The notes under the pieces are model-generated. The model did not search any database. It was given only the letters and a program-made list of their open reading frames with translations, and was not told the origin of the DNA. A stretch of 63,878 nt of DNA, counting the filler, from Octopus bimaculoides (lineage: Eukaryota), in NCBI RefSeq assembly GCF_001194135.2. It is 8 parts of 8 records of this genome, joined end to end, with 100 filler letters (N's around TTAATTAATTAA, not from the genome) between each part and the next. Parts side by side here need not be neighbours in the genome. Positions count along the whole stretch, not along the records: positions 30,510 to 41,572 come from NC_068993.1; positions 41,673 to 57,370 come from NC_068988.1; 6 more parts are not named here. One strand, given 5' to 3'. Below, piece after piece: positions 37,830 to 49,843 of the stretch. Made by a program: the position numbers and the translations under genes. Positions within the stretch are counted from its first letter, which is position 1; every line of letters starts with the position of its first letter.

Positions 37830-38500
37830 AAAAATTTGAATATCCTCAATTCTGAAGATAACCAAATAGCATTTCAGGAAAAGAATACCGATTTGAGAAA
37901 GAAAATCTTGAGCTGGTAATTTAAAAAATGTTTTCTTTAATAAGTAAAATACATATATTTTAATTGGCTCTTAGCACAGTTGAGCATTTAACAACTTTAG
38001 AAGAGAAAATGAGCTTTTATTTTGCGCAGAGTGTATATTGTTAGATTCGAAACCAGTTCACAGGACTTCCTACGGATGTAGGAAGAATAATTGTGATTGT
38101 GGACTAAAAACCAAATATGGGAAACTGTTTTTAAAGAGTTCTGGCTTTTCACCAGAAAGGAATATCCCAACATCCTTCAGAAGCTAAAGAAAAAAAGTCT
38201 TTCTTCGCTAACCAACATTAAGCGCAAATCAAAACAGTGGAGGGGTGGATTTGAAACTATTCAGTGTATCAAGGAAGAAACGAGAGTCTGTTTATCGCAC
38301 TTACGCTTCAACCTAAGAAAAAATATGCTAAAAAAAATCAAGCTCATGTTTCACACAAATTTGATTAACAAAACAAGTTAAGAATATGTTTATTATCATT
38401 ATTTTGAAATTTGTTAAACTTTGAAACACTTAAAAATAATTTTCTGTGAGAATTACTTCAGTAAATGTGTACTTGATCTCCAAGTACACCAGGATGTCAA
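37830..38500 (+). pseudogene. hAT (Charlie/Buster-type) transposase C-terminal remnant
   Basis: Across frameshifts it reads EHLTTLEEKMSFYF..*IRNQF, KEFWLFTRKEYP, LSSLTNIKRK, EETRVCLS and KNQAHVSH, matching hAT dimerization-domain and terminal motifs. Confidence 0.75.
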
Positions 38501-38595
38501 AAAGATTAAGTCTTTTATATACGCGGGAAACACGGAATGACTACGAATACTAATCCTCCGCCTCCTCCACCTTCTTCTTATCCTTGTTCTTGTTG

Positions 38596-38647
<52 letters not shown>

Positions 38648-39440
38648 NNNNNNNNNNNNNNNNNNNNNNNNNNNNNNNNNNNNNNNNNNNNNNNNNNNNN
38701 NNNNNNNNNNNNNNNNNNNNNNNNNNNNNNNNNNNNNNNNNNNNNNNNNNNNNNNNNNNNNNNNNNNNNNNNNNNNNNNNNNNNNNNNNNNNNNNNNNNN
38801 NNNNNNNNNNNNNNNNNNNNNNNNNNNNNNNNNNNNNNNNNNNNNNNNNNNNNNNNNNNNNNNNNNNNNNNNNNNNNNNNNNNNNNNNNNNNNNNNNNNN
38901 NNNNNNNNNNNNNNNNNNNNNNNNNNNNNNNNNNNNNNNNNNNNNNNNNNNNNNNNNNNNNNNNNNNNNNNNNNNNNNNNNNNNNNNNNNNNNNNNNNNN
39001 NNNNNNNNNNNNNNNNNNNNNNNNNNNNNNNNNNNNNNNNNNNNNNNNNNNNNNNNNNNNNNNNNNNNNNNNNNNNNNNNNNNNNNNNNNNNNNNNNNNN
39101 NNNNNNNNNNNNNNNNNNNNNNNNNNNNNNNNNNNNNNNNNNNNNNNNNNNNNNNNNNNNNNNNNNNNNNNNNNNNNNNNNNNNNNNNNNNNNNNNNNNN
39201 NNNNNNNNNNNNNNNNNNNNNNNNNNNNNNNNNNNNNNNNNNNNNNNNNNNNNNNNNNNNNNNNNNNNNNNNNNNNNNNNNNNNNNNNNNNNNNNNNNNN
39301 NNNNNNNNNNNNNNNNNNNNNNNNNNNNNNNNNNNNNNNNNNNNNNNNNNNNNNNNNNNNNNNNNNNNNNNNNNNNNNNNNNNNNNNNNNNNNNNNNNNN
39401 NNNNNNNNNNNNNNNNNNNNNNNNNNNNNNNNNNNNNNNN

Positions 39441-39627
39441 TTGTCAGTGATTGGTTGAAATTATCGAAATAAGACAATTTTTTACATGAAATAAATTCGA
39501 ATACAAAAATATTTTTCTGTTCTATAACACAAAATAGATAAGTATACGAAGTTTGAAAGTCTTTCGGTACCAAAAACACTACGTAAAACATTAATGAAAA
39601 ATGTGGCCCCCGTTTTAAAAAAGATCC
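39441..39627 (-). mobile_element. Family D-related TIR arm emerging from a gap
   Basis: The reverse complement reads GGATCTTTTTTAAAACGGGGGCCAC...ACTTTCAAACTT...TAATTTCAACCAATCACTGAC, matching the 34642 terminus and arm. Confidence 0.7.
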
Positions 39628-39667
39628 CCGCCCGGATCTTTCTTAAAACGAAAAAAGATCCCCGCCC

Positions 39668-39720
<53 letters not shown>

Positions 39721-39722
<2 letters not shown>

Positions 39723-40141
39723 CATATGAACAAAAACGTAGAAGCTATACCTGGATCTTCAACACTATATACTGTCCAAAAACAGCCCTGCTAGAATCAG
39801 CCCACATCCTACACAAGACACGGTCAATCCAATAATACAACCAAAACAAAACAACGCACAAATACAAGACACTCTACACAACATTTACCCAGTGAAATAA
39901 ACTTCTACCAGCAAGCAGGAAAATCAAAGCATTACATACTCAACATACAATAGACTGTACTACGCCTCAAGAGAAAAAAACAAACAAAAACAAACACAAT
40001 ACAGTAAATACAGAAACGGGAAGAGTTTTCACACTCCCCACAGCAGAAAAGAACACACATAACTGCATACACTCTAGCAACAAGAAGGTGTAGCAGGTGA
40101 TGCAGTAGAAATTTGTCTCAATCTACCAAATATTGAACAGT

Positions 40142-40145
<4 letters not shown>
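39721..40145 (+). mobile_element. R4/Dong-clade LINE extreme 3' end (copy 3)
   Basis: Reads IPGSSTLYTVQK/(T)ALLESAHILHKT.SIQ* with one frameshift, matching the Dong/R4 C-terminus QKxALLGTAHILRK. It is flanked by (TAA)n at 39668-39720 and about 40146-40170. Confidence 0.75.
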
Positions 40146-40173
<28 letters not shown>

Positions 40174-41018
40174 TATAATAAAACCATTATTTCTATAACT
40201 ATTATTCTTCCTCGTTTTCGTTTCTCTTATAGTCAATAACCGTTTGAATCTCACTGGTCTCGGAGGGCCTGCCAGACCGAACCATTAAAGATTTTATATA
40301 TNNNNNNNNNNNNNNNNNNNNNNNNNNNNNNNNNNNNNNNNNNNNNNNNNNNNNNNNNNNNNNNNNNNNNNNNNNNNNNNNNNNNNNNNNNNNNNNNNNN
40401 NNNNNNNNNNNNNNNNNNNNNNNNNNNNNNNNNNNNNNNNNNNNNNNNNNNNNNNNNNNNNNNNNNNNNNNNNNNNNNNNNNNNNNNNNNNNNNNNNNNN
40501 NNNNNNNNNNNNNNNNNNNNNNNNNNNNNNNNNNNNNNNNNNNNNNNNNNNNNNNNNNNNNNNNNNNNNNNNNNNNNNNNNNNNNNNNNNNNNNNNNNNN
40601 NNNNNNNNNNNNNNNNNNNNNNNNNNNNNNNNNNNNNNNNNNNNNNNNNNNNNNNNNNNNNNNNNNNNNNNNNNNNNNNNNNNNNNNNNNNNNNNNNNNN
40701 NNNNNNNNNNNNNNNNNNNNNNNNNNNNNNNNNNNNNNNNNNNNNNNNNNNNNNNNNNNNNNNNNNNNNNNNNNNNNNNNNNNNNNNNNNNNNNNNNNNN
40801 NNNNNNNNNNNNNNNNNNNNNNNNNNNNNNNNNNNNNNNNNNNNNNNNNNNNNNNNNNNNNNNNNNNNNNNNNNNNNNNNNNNNNNNNNNNNNNNNNNNN
40901 NNNNNNNNNNNNNNNNNNNNNNNNNNNNNNNNNNNNNNNNNNNNNNNNNNNNNNNNNNNNNNNNNNNNNNNNNNNNNNNNNNNNNNNNNNNNNNNNNNNN
41001 NNNNNNNNNNNNNNNATA

Positions 41019-41051
<33 letters not shown>

Positions 41052-41672
41052 GTGTGTGTATGTGTGTGAATGTATATGTGCGTATATATATATGTGTATA
41101 TATATATAGATGTATACACACACACATATATATACATAGATATATGTATATATGTATATGTATGTATATATCTATATATATGTGTGTGTATATGCGTGTG
41201 TATGTGCAAGCGCATGTGTGAATAAATTTAGTTCAGCGCTCCTACTTTTTGTCATCCCACATATAAACCGATATGATAAAAGATATCCTATGCCATAGTC
41301 CCGCAGTATCCATGGTAACAGTGATATCATAAACACCTTTTCACTCCATAGACTTTAAGCTACCCTACTTAAACCTGATTAAACGATAAGTGAGTATCGA
41401 TCGACCGTGAAGCTGTTGTTTCAGACCACCTGGAGCCCAATCAATCCCCAAACTAGTGTATCAATTATCCATGAATTATAGAGCTACATGTTGTGGACAC
41501 GCAATGACACATACATTGTGTGTGTGTGTATGTGCGCATGTGTGGATATGTATACATATATATATATATATANNNNNNNNNNNNNNNNNNNNNNNNNNNN
41601 NNNNNNNNNNNNNNNNTTAATTAATTAANNNNNNNNNNNNNNNNNNNNNNNNNNNNNNNNNNNNNNNNNNNN

Positions 41673-41728
<56 letters not shown>

Positions 41729-42643
41729 TTATATATACAAAAAAAATATGAGGGCCAAAATCCTTCAAAGGGCTGTCAAACATCTAAGTCTGCTGGTACA
41801 ATCCAAGTATATATATATATAAAGACGAAAATCTCTTCATGAAATGCAAATTAGATTCCTTATCAGGAATTACTTACTGCTATGAATGATTACGACCAAC
41901 ACAAATATGCAAAGACCTCTCATGTCATTTGGAATACCCCTGGACATTAGATTACATAATACTATATGCCTCTAAAATGACAGGATGGTCATGGCTGGAA
42001 TGCCTTTGATCATCACAGTTGATGTGAGGTTAAAACAGCACCAACAACAATGATAATAACCGAGCACAGACATTTACAAGAGTTAATTGCACTTTAAATG
42101 CATTATAGGGCTAACGAGGTATTTTGCTGTTCCTTTTGGTGAAATACCAACTTACCAATTTGTCAATTTGTTGTAGTTGTTGTCATGGCTATGGTGTGAC
42201 ATTAATAATTTAAATTTGAGTGACATTATCAGCAAGCTGTTAATGTCAGCAAGCTTTAAAAGTATTTTGTTGTGTGAGGCAGTTGACTGCTTTGGATGAA
42301 ATTATAGAAGAAAATACCAACAATGCTATTAAGTCAATTTGTCTGTGAGTGTCATAACATTTCGGTTGAAGAAGAACCACCGAAGGCATTAAAATGTACA
42401 TGAAGTATGTCTAGGAGTTGTTGTTGTTGTTTTTGTTGTTTCAGTTTACTGTGTCCTTGGCCCAGTCAATTAGGCTGTAACAAGGTACCAGACAATAGAT
42501 TACTGTTCTTGCCAATACTATTTTAGCACCAAGACAGCCCTGGTCTAGCAGATCTATGATCAGAAGCATTTAGCTACAGTCACCTGTTTTTTTTTTTTTT
42601 TTTTTTTTTTGTATAACAGGGACTTCATTATTCAATGTGTTGT

Positions 42644-42871
42644 TCAATCCTTTAGCATTCACATTATTCTGTTAAATATAATACTCATTTATTCAGATTA
42701 TTTTGAATTAATCATGCATTATTTTGTAGTTTTGAGATTTTGATGATGTGGCTGTTTATTTTTAGAATGACATTGTAGGGTAGGTGTGAGAGATCAGATC
42801 TCTCCAGTTCGAACATGAAACAGGTAGAATATTTAGGTCAGATGTGGCTGGTTTAAATGCTAAAGGGTTAA
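42644..42871. mobile_element. piggyBac-type MITE
   Basis: Right end AATGCTAAAGGG-TTAA and degenerate left end TCAA-TCCTTTAGCATT. A second copy lies at 50302-50498. Confidence 0.7.
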
Positions 42872-42939
42872 GATGGTAGGGTATAATTTGAAGGAAGTTT
42901 GGCTATTCTTTCTTGCATGTCTTGTGACCATCTAGAATC

Positions 42940-42984
42940 TATGGATCCCCAAGCATCTAGATTCTAGATGCTTGGGGATCCATA
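42940..42984. repeat. Perfect palindrome, 21-bp arms with a 3-nt spacer
   Basis: TATGGATCCCCAAGCATCTAG-ATT-CTAGATGCTTGGGGATCCATA. Confidence 0.95.
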
Positions 42985-43680
42985 AGGACCAGAGCTTATC
43001 TCTAGTATTTCAGTCAGATGGACTAAATATGATGTGACAAGGTTTCTACTTCTCCTTCTAGCTCCACCAGTCACAGAGACCCTATAAAGGTCATTAGTTC
43101 AAGCCTTCACTCCTTGAAAAATCCTTAAATGTATGACAGCTAATGTTTGATATTGGTGGGGGGAATTAAAATCTCTGGTCTGTATAATGATAATAAAGAT
43201 TTCTATATGTTAACTCAGTTCTAAATATCAGCTTTAATATACCAATAAAACAGATGGCTATTTTCCTTGTTAAAAATAGCAGTTAAATATCCCCCAGTTC
43301 ACATCCTATTCTCTTAACTTTTAACTTTCTATATGATGTAGTACCAGCCTGCATCAGCATGACAATTATGAAACGCATAGTATCACGAGAATTGTACAAA
43401 CCTTGTTTACATTCATCTTGAAGGAAGTGAGTAACTCTCGAAACTTTTCTTCTATCATTCATTTCTGTTCTGTAATAGAATCATTATAGTGTGGTGCTTT
43501 TGACTTAGAAACTTTTCAACAGATGCTAAGAATTTAATAAAAATTAATACATTGGATTACATCTGAAGGAAAAGGTGGTATGTTCATAGTAGGAATATTT
43601 CTGTTTGTAGGCTTGCTAGATCAAAGCTAACCAATACACTAAATAAATATTGCAAATATAGGCACAGAAGTGGTTGCGTA

Positions 43681-43858
43681 TAGGTGCAGGAGTGGCTGTG
43701 TGGTAGGAAGTTTGCCTCACAGCCACATAGTTCTTGGTTCAGTCCCACTGCATAGCACCTTAGGCAAGTGTCTCCTACTCTGGGGTTGATTTGTTCGACT
43801 AAAGGTGGTGCTCCAGTATGGCCACAGTCAAATGACTGAAACGAGTAAAAGAATAAAA
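43681..43858 (+). mobile_element. SINE family A with a large internal deletion
   Basis: The head and CORE-like block join directly to CTGGGGTTGATTTGTTCGACT and the tail. Confidence 0.85.
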
Positions 43859-44084
43859 TGATATATATAGTTGGCACTCATATACAGATAGATAAATATA
43901 TTCCAGGGAATAACAAGTTCACAAGAAGCTATGTTCACCCACTTAGACTAACAAACTCAAAGATTATTCTGAGAGTGAATAAAATATCAAATCTATTATT
44001 GTTCTTTAGATCCTGAGGAACCACATGTGAAACAAAACATATTTTGTCAGACTAATGATTAAAGAGTAAATATATATATATATA

Positions 44085-44464
44085 GGCGTAGGAATGGCTG
44101 TGTGGTAAGTAGCTTGCTTACGAACCACATGGTTCTGGGTCCAGTCCCACTGCGTGGTACCTTGGGCAAGTGTCTTCTACTATAGCCTCAGACCGACCAA
44201 AGCCTTGTGAGTGGATTTGGTAGATGGAAACTGAAAGAAGCCCGTCGTATATATGTATATATATATATGCATGTGTCTGTATGTGTTTGCATGTCTGTGT
44301 CCCCCCCCCCATCCCAACATCGCTTGACATCTGATGCTGGTGTCTTTACATCCCCGTAACCTAGCAGTTCGGCAAAAGAGACCGATAGAATAAGTACTAG
44401 GCTTACAAAGAATAAGTCCTGGGGTCGATTTGCTCGACTGAAGGTGGTGCTCCAGCATGGCCAC
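44085..44464 (+). mobile_element. SINE family A, near full length
   Basis: Colinear with the reverse complement of 36783-37183. Confidence 0.92.
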
Positions 44465-44832
44465 ATATATATACAATGATTATTTTGAAAATTCACAGAA
44501 CACATAAACAAGAACTTTCTTGTCAGAGATATGAGCTAGAAATGGGTTAAATCTACTGGTGCATATATATATATAAAAATGCATAAAATAAAACAAAAAG
44601 ACTTTGGTTTTGTGAGAACAAAACCGTGTATTGTTGTCGTGATTCATGTATTGAAAAGTCTGGGAATTGTTGAATAGATGAAAACGATGAATAAGTCTTA
44701 TAAGACTTTTCTAGCATTTTATCTGCCTGGCCTCATTTCACAATTAGATAGAGGTCTTTGTGTGAGTTATGAGCCGGTTGTGTTAACTTTTCTCACATGG
44801 AGTCATTTCTTTAGAATCTCTCTGTCTGACTG

Positions 44833-44870
<38 letters not shown>

Positions 44871-44958
44871 GGACTGTCTATCTGTCTCTCTCATGCTCAC
44901 ACAAACACACATACTTATACACATCTCCTCCCACACGAAGCAAACTACTGTGGATTTT

Positions 44959-45076
44959 TGATTGATCTGATTGATGATTGATCTGATTGATGATTGATCT
45001 GATTGATGATTGATCTGATTGATGATTGATCTGATTGATGATTGATCTGATTGATGATTGATCTGATTGATGATTG
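44959..45076 (+). repeat. Perfect 16-bp tandem repeat (TGATTGATCTGATTGA), about 7.4 copies
   Basis: Read directly from the sequence; there are no spacers. Confidence 0.95.
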
Positions 45077-45839
45077 CTATGAATGTGGGCTCTGCAAGTA
45101 TATTAAAAAGACCTAATCAGCTTTCAGTTTGGTAACAATACTAATAGGTTGATTAAATGTCATAAATGTTTGGGCACAAACGCTACAACTCTTTCATTAC
45201 CAACCTACCAGAGGCCACCTTTATTTCTATGATACAAACTTGTTGATCCCTTTTCATACCAATGACCCTGAAATCACCTTTGGTTCTATGATGCAAATTC
45301 CCTCTTTTACAGTAATTTAAATTAAAATTACTTGCCAGTACAGTTACTGCTTTCAACTCTTACAGAGATTTTATAACTAGCTGCTTTGTTGCAAGATTAG
45401 TGACTGAACGTCGCTTGATTTTCTATTTATTGCAAACTGGAGTGAACAACTGCCATCTCTAGCACTGAAGATGGGCAAAAAATAGCCTGGAACCAGGCTG
45501 GTCTGTTGGTCCTGTCATTAGTGTGTGGTAGGGGTCCGCTCCCCTGCTTGCAATATATTAGGTGCAGATTTCATCATTAACTAGCTAGAGAAAAAGTCCT
45601 CTTGAGGTTAAAAAATTGCAGTAATGTCCGTTCATACAGAACGGCCATGTTGAAGTGGCGACAAACATTGAATTAAAATCATCTATCAAAATTTCACTTA
45701 AATTTCTATTTTATTTTGAGACCTTGTATTTACAAGGTCTCAAAATGCTAAATATGAATTGAGAAACTCTTTTGTTCCCAACCAACTGTAAAAAAATACA
45801 AAAAATCTAAAATATACACTTTAAACTTCACTATGTGAC

Positions 45840-46165
45840 ACCAAAGGCAAGTGTCTTCTACTATAGGCTTGTGAGTGGATTTGGTAGATGGAAACTGAAA
45901 GAAGCCTGTTGCATTTATATATTTATATGTGTGTGTGTGCATGCAGGCTTTTATGTCTGTGTTTGTCTTCCTCCACCACCACTTAACAACTGGTATTGGA
46001 GTGTTTACATCCCTGTAACTTAGCAGTTTGGCAAAAGTGATTGATAGAATAATTACCAGGCGTAAAAAAAGTGTAAGTACTGAGGTTGATTCATTTGACA
46101 AAAACGTCTTCAAGGCAGAGCCCCAGCATGGCCACAGTCAATGATTGAAACAAGTAAAAGGTAAA
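45840..46165 (+). mobile_element. SINE family A, 5'-truncated and diverged
   Basis: GGCAAGTGTCTTCTACTATAG...GTGAGTGGATTTGGTAGATGGAAACTGAAAGAAGCC...CAGCATGGCCACAGTCAATGA.TGAAACAAGTAAAAG. Confidence 0.85.
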
Positions 46166-46240
46166 AATTAAAAGATAGTTGTGTATTTAATGAAAATTTT
46201 GTGTGTGTGTGTGTATATAAATACACACACACACACACAC

Positions 46241-46395
46241 TTGGAAGGAAGGTGTGTAGCATGTGATTATCACACATGACAGAAAGAGATGAGCAGAGAA
46301 TCTGCATCAGATTTCGCCAAAAGCTTGGTGATGCTTGCTCAAAGGCCTACGCAAAGTTTTCAAAAAGTTCTTATCATTCTTGACACATGATCTGA
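46241..46395. mobile_element. Fragment of the fold-back mariner derivative
   Basis: EQRICIRF.QKLGD on + joins the minus-strand NDKNFLKTL sequence at GCAAAGTTTTCAAA. Confidence 0.75.
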
Positions 46396-46397
46396 TA

Positions 46398-47258
46398 TGT
46401 GATCTGATCAATAAGTATCCGGACTGTTGCCATAGTAACGAAGCTAAAGCATGCAGAGTAAAGCTGCTTAACACAGATTGATCTTGAACTCTGCTGTGCA
46501 TACACATTAAGTTTTAAACGTTCTAGCTCACTTCAGCTGTTTACAGTAGTGCTTGGAAGGAAGGCGTATGATCATCGCATTGACCATCACAGAGAAAGTT
46601 GAGCAGAGAATCTGCATCAAATTTTGCCAAACGCTTGGCGATACTTACTCAGAGGCCTATGCAAAGTTTTCAAATTGTTTTCATCATTGTCGACACAATC
46701 AAGGAGATCCCGTGTGTCTTTTTGGTCAGCTGAAAGCACTTTCGGCATAAACTTGGTGGACACATGTTTCATACCCAAATCTTCAGTGATAATGGACTGA
46801 ACAGAACCATAACTCATCTGCACATCCTCTGATAACTCACAGATGGTGATTCAATGATTTCCCCTCACAGCTGCATGCACATCTGTAATGTTTTCTTCAG
46901 TTCTGCTGGTTGTGGGTTTCCCAGGACGTTTGTCAATATCACCATTTTCTCAGCCATCTTGGAAATGTCTGAACCTCTTGTACACTTGTGTGAAGCTCAT
47001 ACACTTCTCTCCATACACTTTCTGCAACATTGCTTAGGCCTCTGAGCAGGTATTGCCATGACAACTTTCTCTGTCATGGTCAGTGCTACACACGTTCCTT
47101 CCATGCACTGCTATAAGCAGCAAAAGTGAGCCAGGACGTTAAAACTTGGTACACATGTACAGCAGAGTTCAAGGTCAATCTGTGCCAAGCGACTTCACTC
47201 TGCATGCTTAAGCTTTGTTACTATGGCAACAGTCTGGATACTTATTGACCTGGCCTCA
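46398..47258 (-). mobile_element. Tc1/mariner-derived non-autonomous element made of two inverted 5' ends; TA TSD
   Basis: Termini are TA|TGTGATCTGATCAATAAGTATCCGGACT and AGTCTGGATACTTATTGACCTGGCCTCA|TA. The minus frame reads GNTCSEA*AMLQKVYGEKCMSFTQVYKRFRHFQDG*ENGDIDKRPGKPTTS..ITICELSEDVQMSYGSVQSIITEDLGMKHVSTKFMPKVL (mariner HTH region), and the plus frame reads TEKVEQRICIKFCQTLGDTYSEAY. Confidence 0.9.
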
Positions 47259-47756
47259 TATATATATGTATATATATATANNNNNNNNNNNNNNNNNNNN
47301 NNNNNNNNNNNNNNNNNNNNNNNNNNNNNNNNNNNNNNNNNNNNNNNNNNNNNNNNNNNNNNNNNNNNNNNNNNNNNNNNNNNNNNNNNNNNNNNNNNNN
47401 NNNNNNNNNNNNNNNNNNNNNNNNNNNNNNNNNNNNNNNNNNNNNNNNNNNNNNNNNNNNNNNNNNNNNNNNNNNNNNNNNNNNNNNNNNNNNNNNNNNN
47501 NNNNNNNNNNNNNNNNNNNNNNNNNNNNNNNNNNNNNNNNNNNNNNNNNNNNNNNNNNNNNNNNNNNNNNNNNNNNNNNNNNNNNNNNNNNNNNNNNNNN
47601 NNNNNNNNNNNNNNNNNNNNNNNNNNNNNNNNNNNNNNNNNNNNNNNNNNNNNNNNNNNNNNNNNNNNNNNNNNNNNNNNNNNNNNNNNNNNNNNNNNNN
47701 NNNNNNNNNNNNNNNNNNNNNNNNNNNNNNNNNNNNNNNNNNNNNNNNNNNNNNNN

Positions 47757-47900
47757 ATATATAGTTCAAATTTACAGAAAATAAAAGACAAAGACAGCTG
47801 TAGGAACAACAAGCAGGTGTATTAGTTTAATGCTCAGGAAGAACGGGAAAGTCTTTTACATTTCAAGCCTATGCTCTTCGACAAAAAGGATTAAGAGGAA
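47757..47900 (-). mobile_element. Putative Penelope-like terminal repeat (family G)
   Basis: The reverse complement reads GTCGAAGAGCATAGGCTTGAAA...GAGCATTAAACTAATACACCTG.TTGTTG...CTGTCTTTGTCTTTT, homologous to 55925-56068. Confidence 0.5.
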
Positions 47901-48454
47901 AAAAGTCAAAGAAAGAATGTGAAATGGAGGGAAAGAGAAAAAAAAGTTCAAATGGAGAGAAAACGGCAAAGTTATTTAACATACAGAGTTTGAAAGTTCA
48001 GAAAGTTTAAAAGTTGTGGTAGATTAGAGCAATTTACATCAATGAAAATAGCCAGTGAGATCCATGGAGGTAGAGTCCAAACATGTACAAAGTTCCAGTG
48101 GTAATCCAGATAGAGTGCTGGTTATGTGGATGAGGAGAAAGTATTTAAGATGAATAGATATATATGCAAATATGTCTATATTTGTGTCTTTGAATCTGTA
48201 TTTGTCCTCACACCTGGTACTTGACAGCTGCTTTTGGTTTATTTATGCCTCTGTAACTAAGCAAAGAAACTGATAGAATAAGTACCAGACTTGTGCATGC
48301 TATATGCTATATATTAACTTTGTTCATGGTGGGGAATACAAAGTTTTGCAGAAAATCTTAGTGGAACATGGAACAAAAATGGGTGAGAAGCAGTTTTAAA
48401 TACTAATTTGAGTTGATGAAAGAATAGTAACAGCCAGTAACTGGACTCTGGTCA

Positions 48455-48660
48455 AATTTTGGCATAAGGCCAGCAAGTTTAGGGGAGGAAGTAAATCGAT
48501 TACATTGACCCCAGTGCTCAACTGGTACTTATTTTATTGACCCTGAGAGAATGAAAGGCAAATTCAACCTTGGCAGAATTTGAACTCAGAACATTAAAAA
48601 CAGTGACCTACTGATGAGCATTTTGCTTGGCTTGCTAACAGTTCTGCCAGCTCACTGCCT
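48455..48660 (-). mobile_element. SINE family B, diverged
   Basis: Family core and TTTTGGCATAAGGCCAGCAA tail. Confidence 0.85.
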
Positions 48661-49032
48661 TACTGGTCATGTATATATTGCTTGTTTGTAGACGAGCTTA
48701 CTAATTATCCTACCATCTCATCATCTTTTAAATTAAGTAATCTAATGTAGTTTTCTACTACATTTTTTTTACATTAACGTCTAAAAGTTAATCCATAGCT
48801 TGCAATATTTTATCTTTTTTTCTTTTTAATACTGTTTTGCATCTGTTTTGCACCTGCCTGCATGGATGAGAGGGTTTGATTCTTAGTGTAGTTGTATTAA
48901 TAGCTTGATGATCACATTTCCACCATTAAGTACTCAACTATGAGATAGGTGAGGGACATGTTTTTACAGCTGGAATGATGCCCCCCCCCTTCTTATCACA
49001 ACTGTGAAACAAGGAGCAGACTCTGTTTGAAG

Positions 49033-49102
<70 letters not shown>

Positions 49103-49215
49103 NNNNNNNNNNACTTCTTCTACTAAAAATAGCAGCATAGTGTTGTGTTTGCCATTTTAAAGCTAGTCAGAATTCGACAGGCAAGAAATGTATGTCTCTG
49201 TCATTGAGAGAGAGA

Positions 49216-49262
<47 letters not shown>

Positions 49263-49843
49263 AAGTGAAGTATCATTTCATGCATCACATACCAAAGTGT
49301 CACACTCTGCCAGCACCCAAGATGACTCTGGTTACAGTAAAAAAAAAAAATCCAAGATTATATTAAAAAAGTACCTAAAAAAACTTTGAGAAAGTTCCAG
49401 CAGAATTTTGATGTTAAATTAAGAAAGTTCACTTTTGACCTGTGCTGACACCCCTCATACCCACCATCTCAGATTTCTGTTCAGTCAGTTAAACTTGATC
49501 AAATAATGTTATGTGCTTTACACAGGGACACAAATATAATGACTGGTATAGTGTTAATATAATGACTGGTATAGGCTTAGTAGTTCAGCACCTCACAGTC
49601 ATTGTTCTTCTGTGTCATCTGTTATCAGCTGCAATTGGTCATGTTGATAAGAGTCTAGATTTGTGTGTTGTACACACCCAGCAAGCTTAATTCTGAAATG
49701 CACCAGTATACTTAACTGTAAAAAGGCACCGTGTGGAGGTTTGATTTACTTGGCTGTAAAGGAGTATCATATAGCAGCCAATTCTACCTAGCTGTTACTA
49801 TGAGGATGTTCAATTCACTTACTAAGTACCACAATAAATGTGA

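Noticed and set aside
44959-45076. CRISPR-like array
   Set aside because: There are no spacers, the context is eukaryotic, and no cas genes are present.
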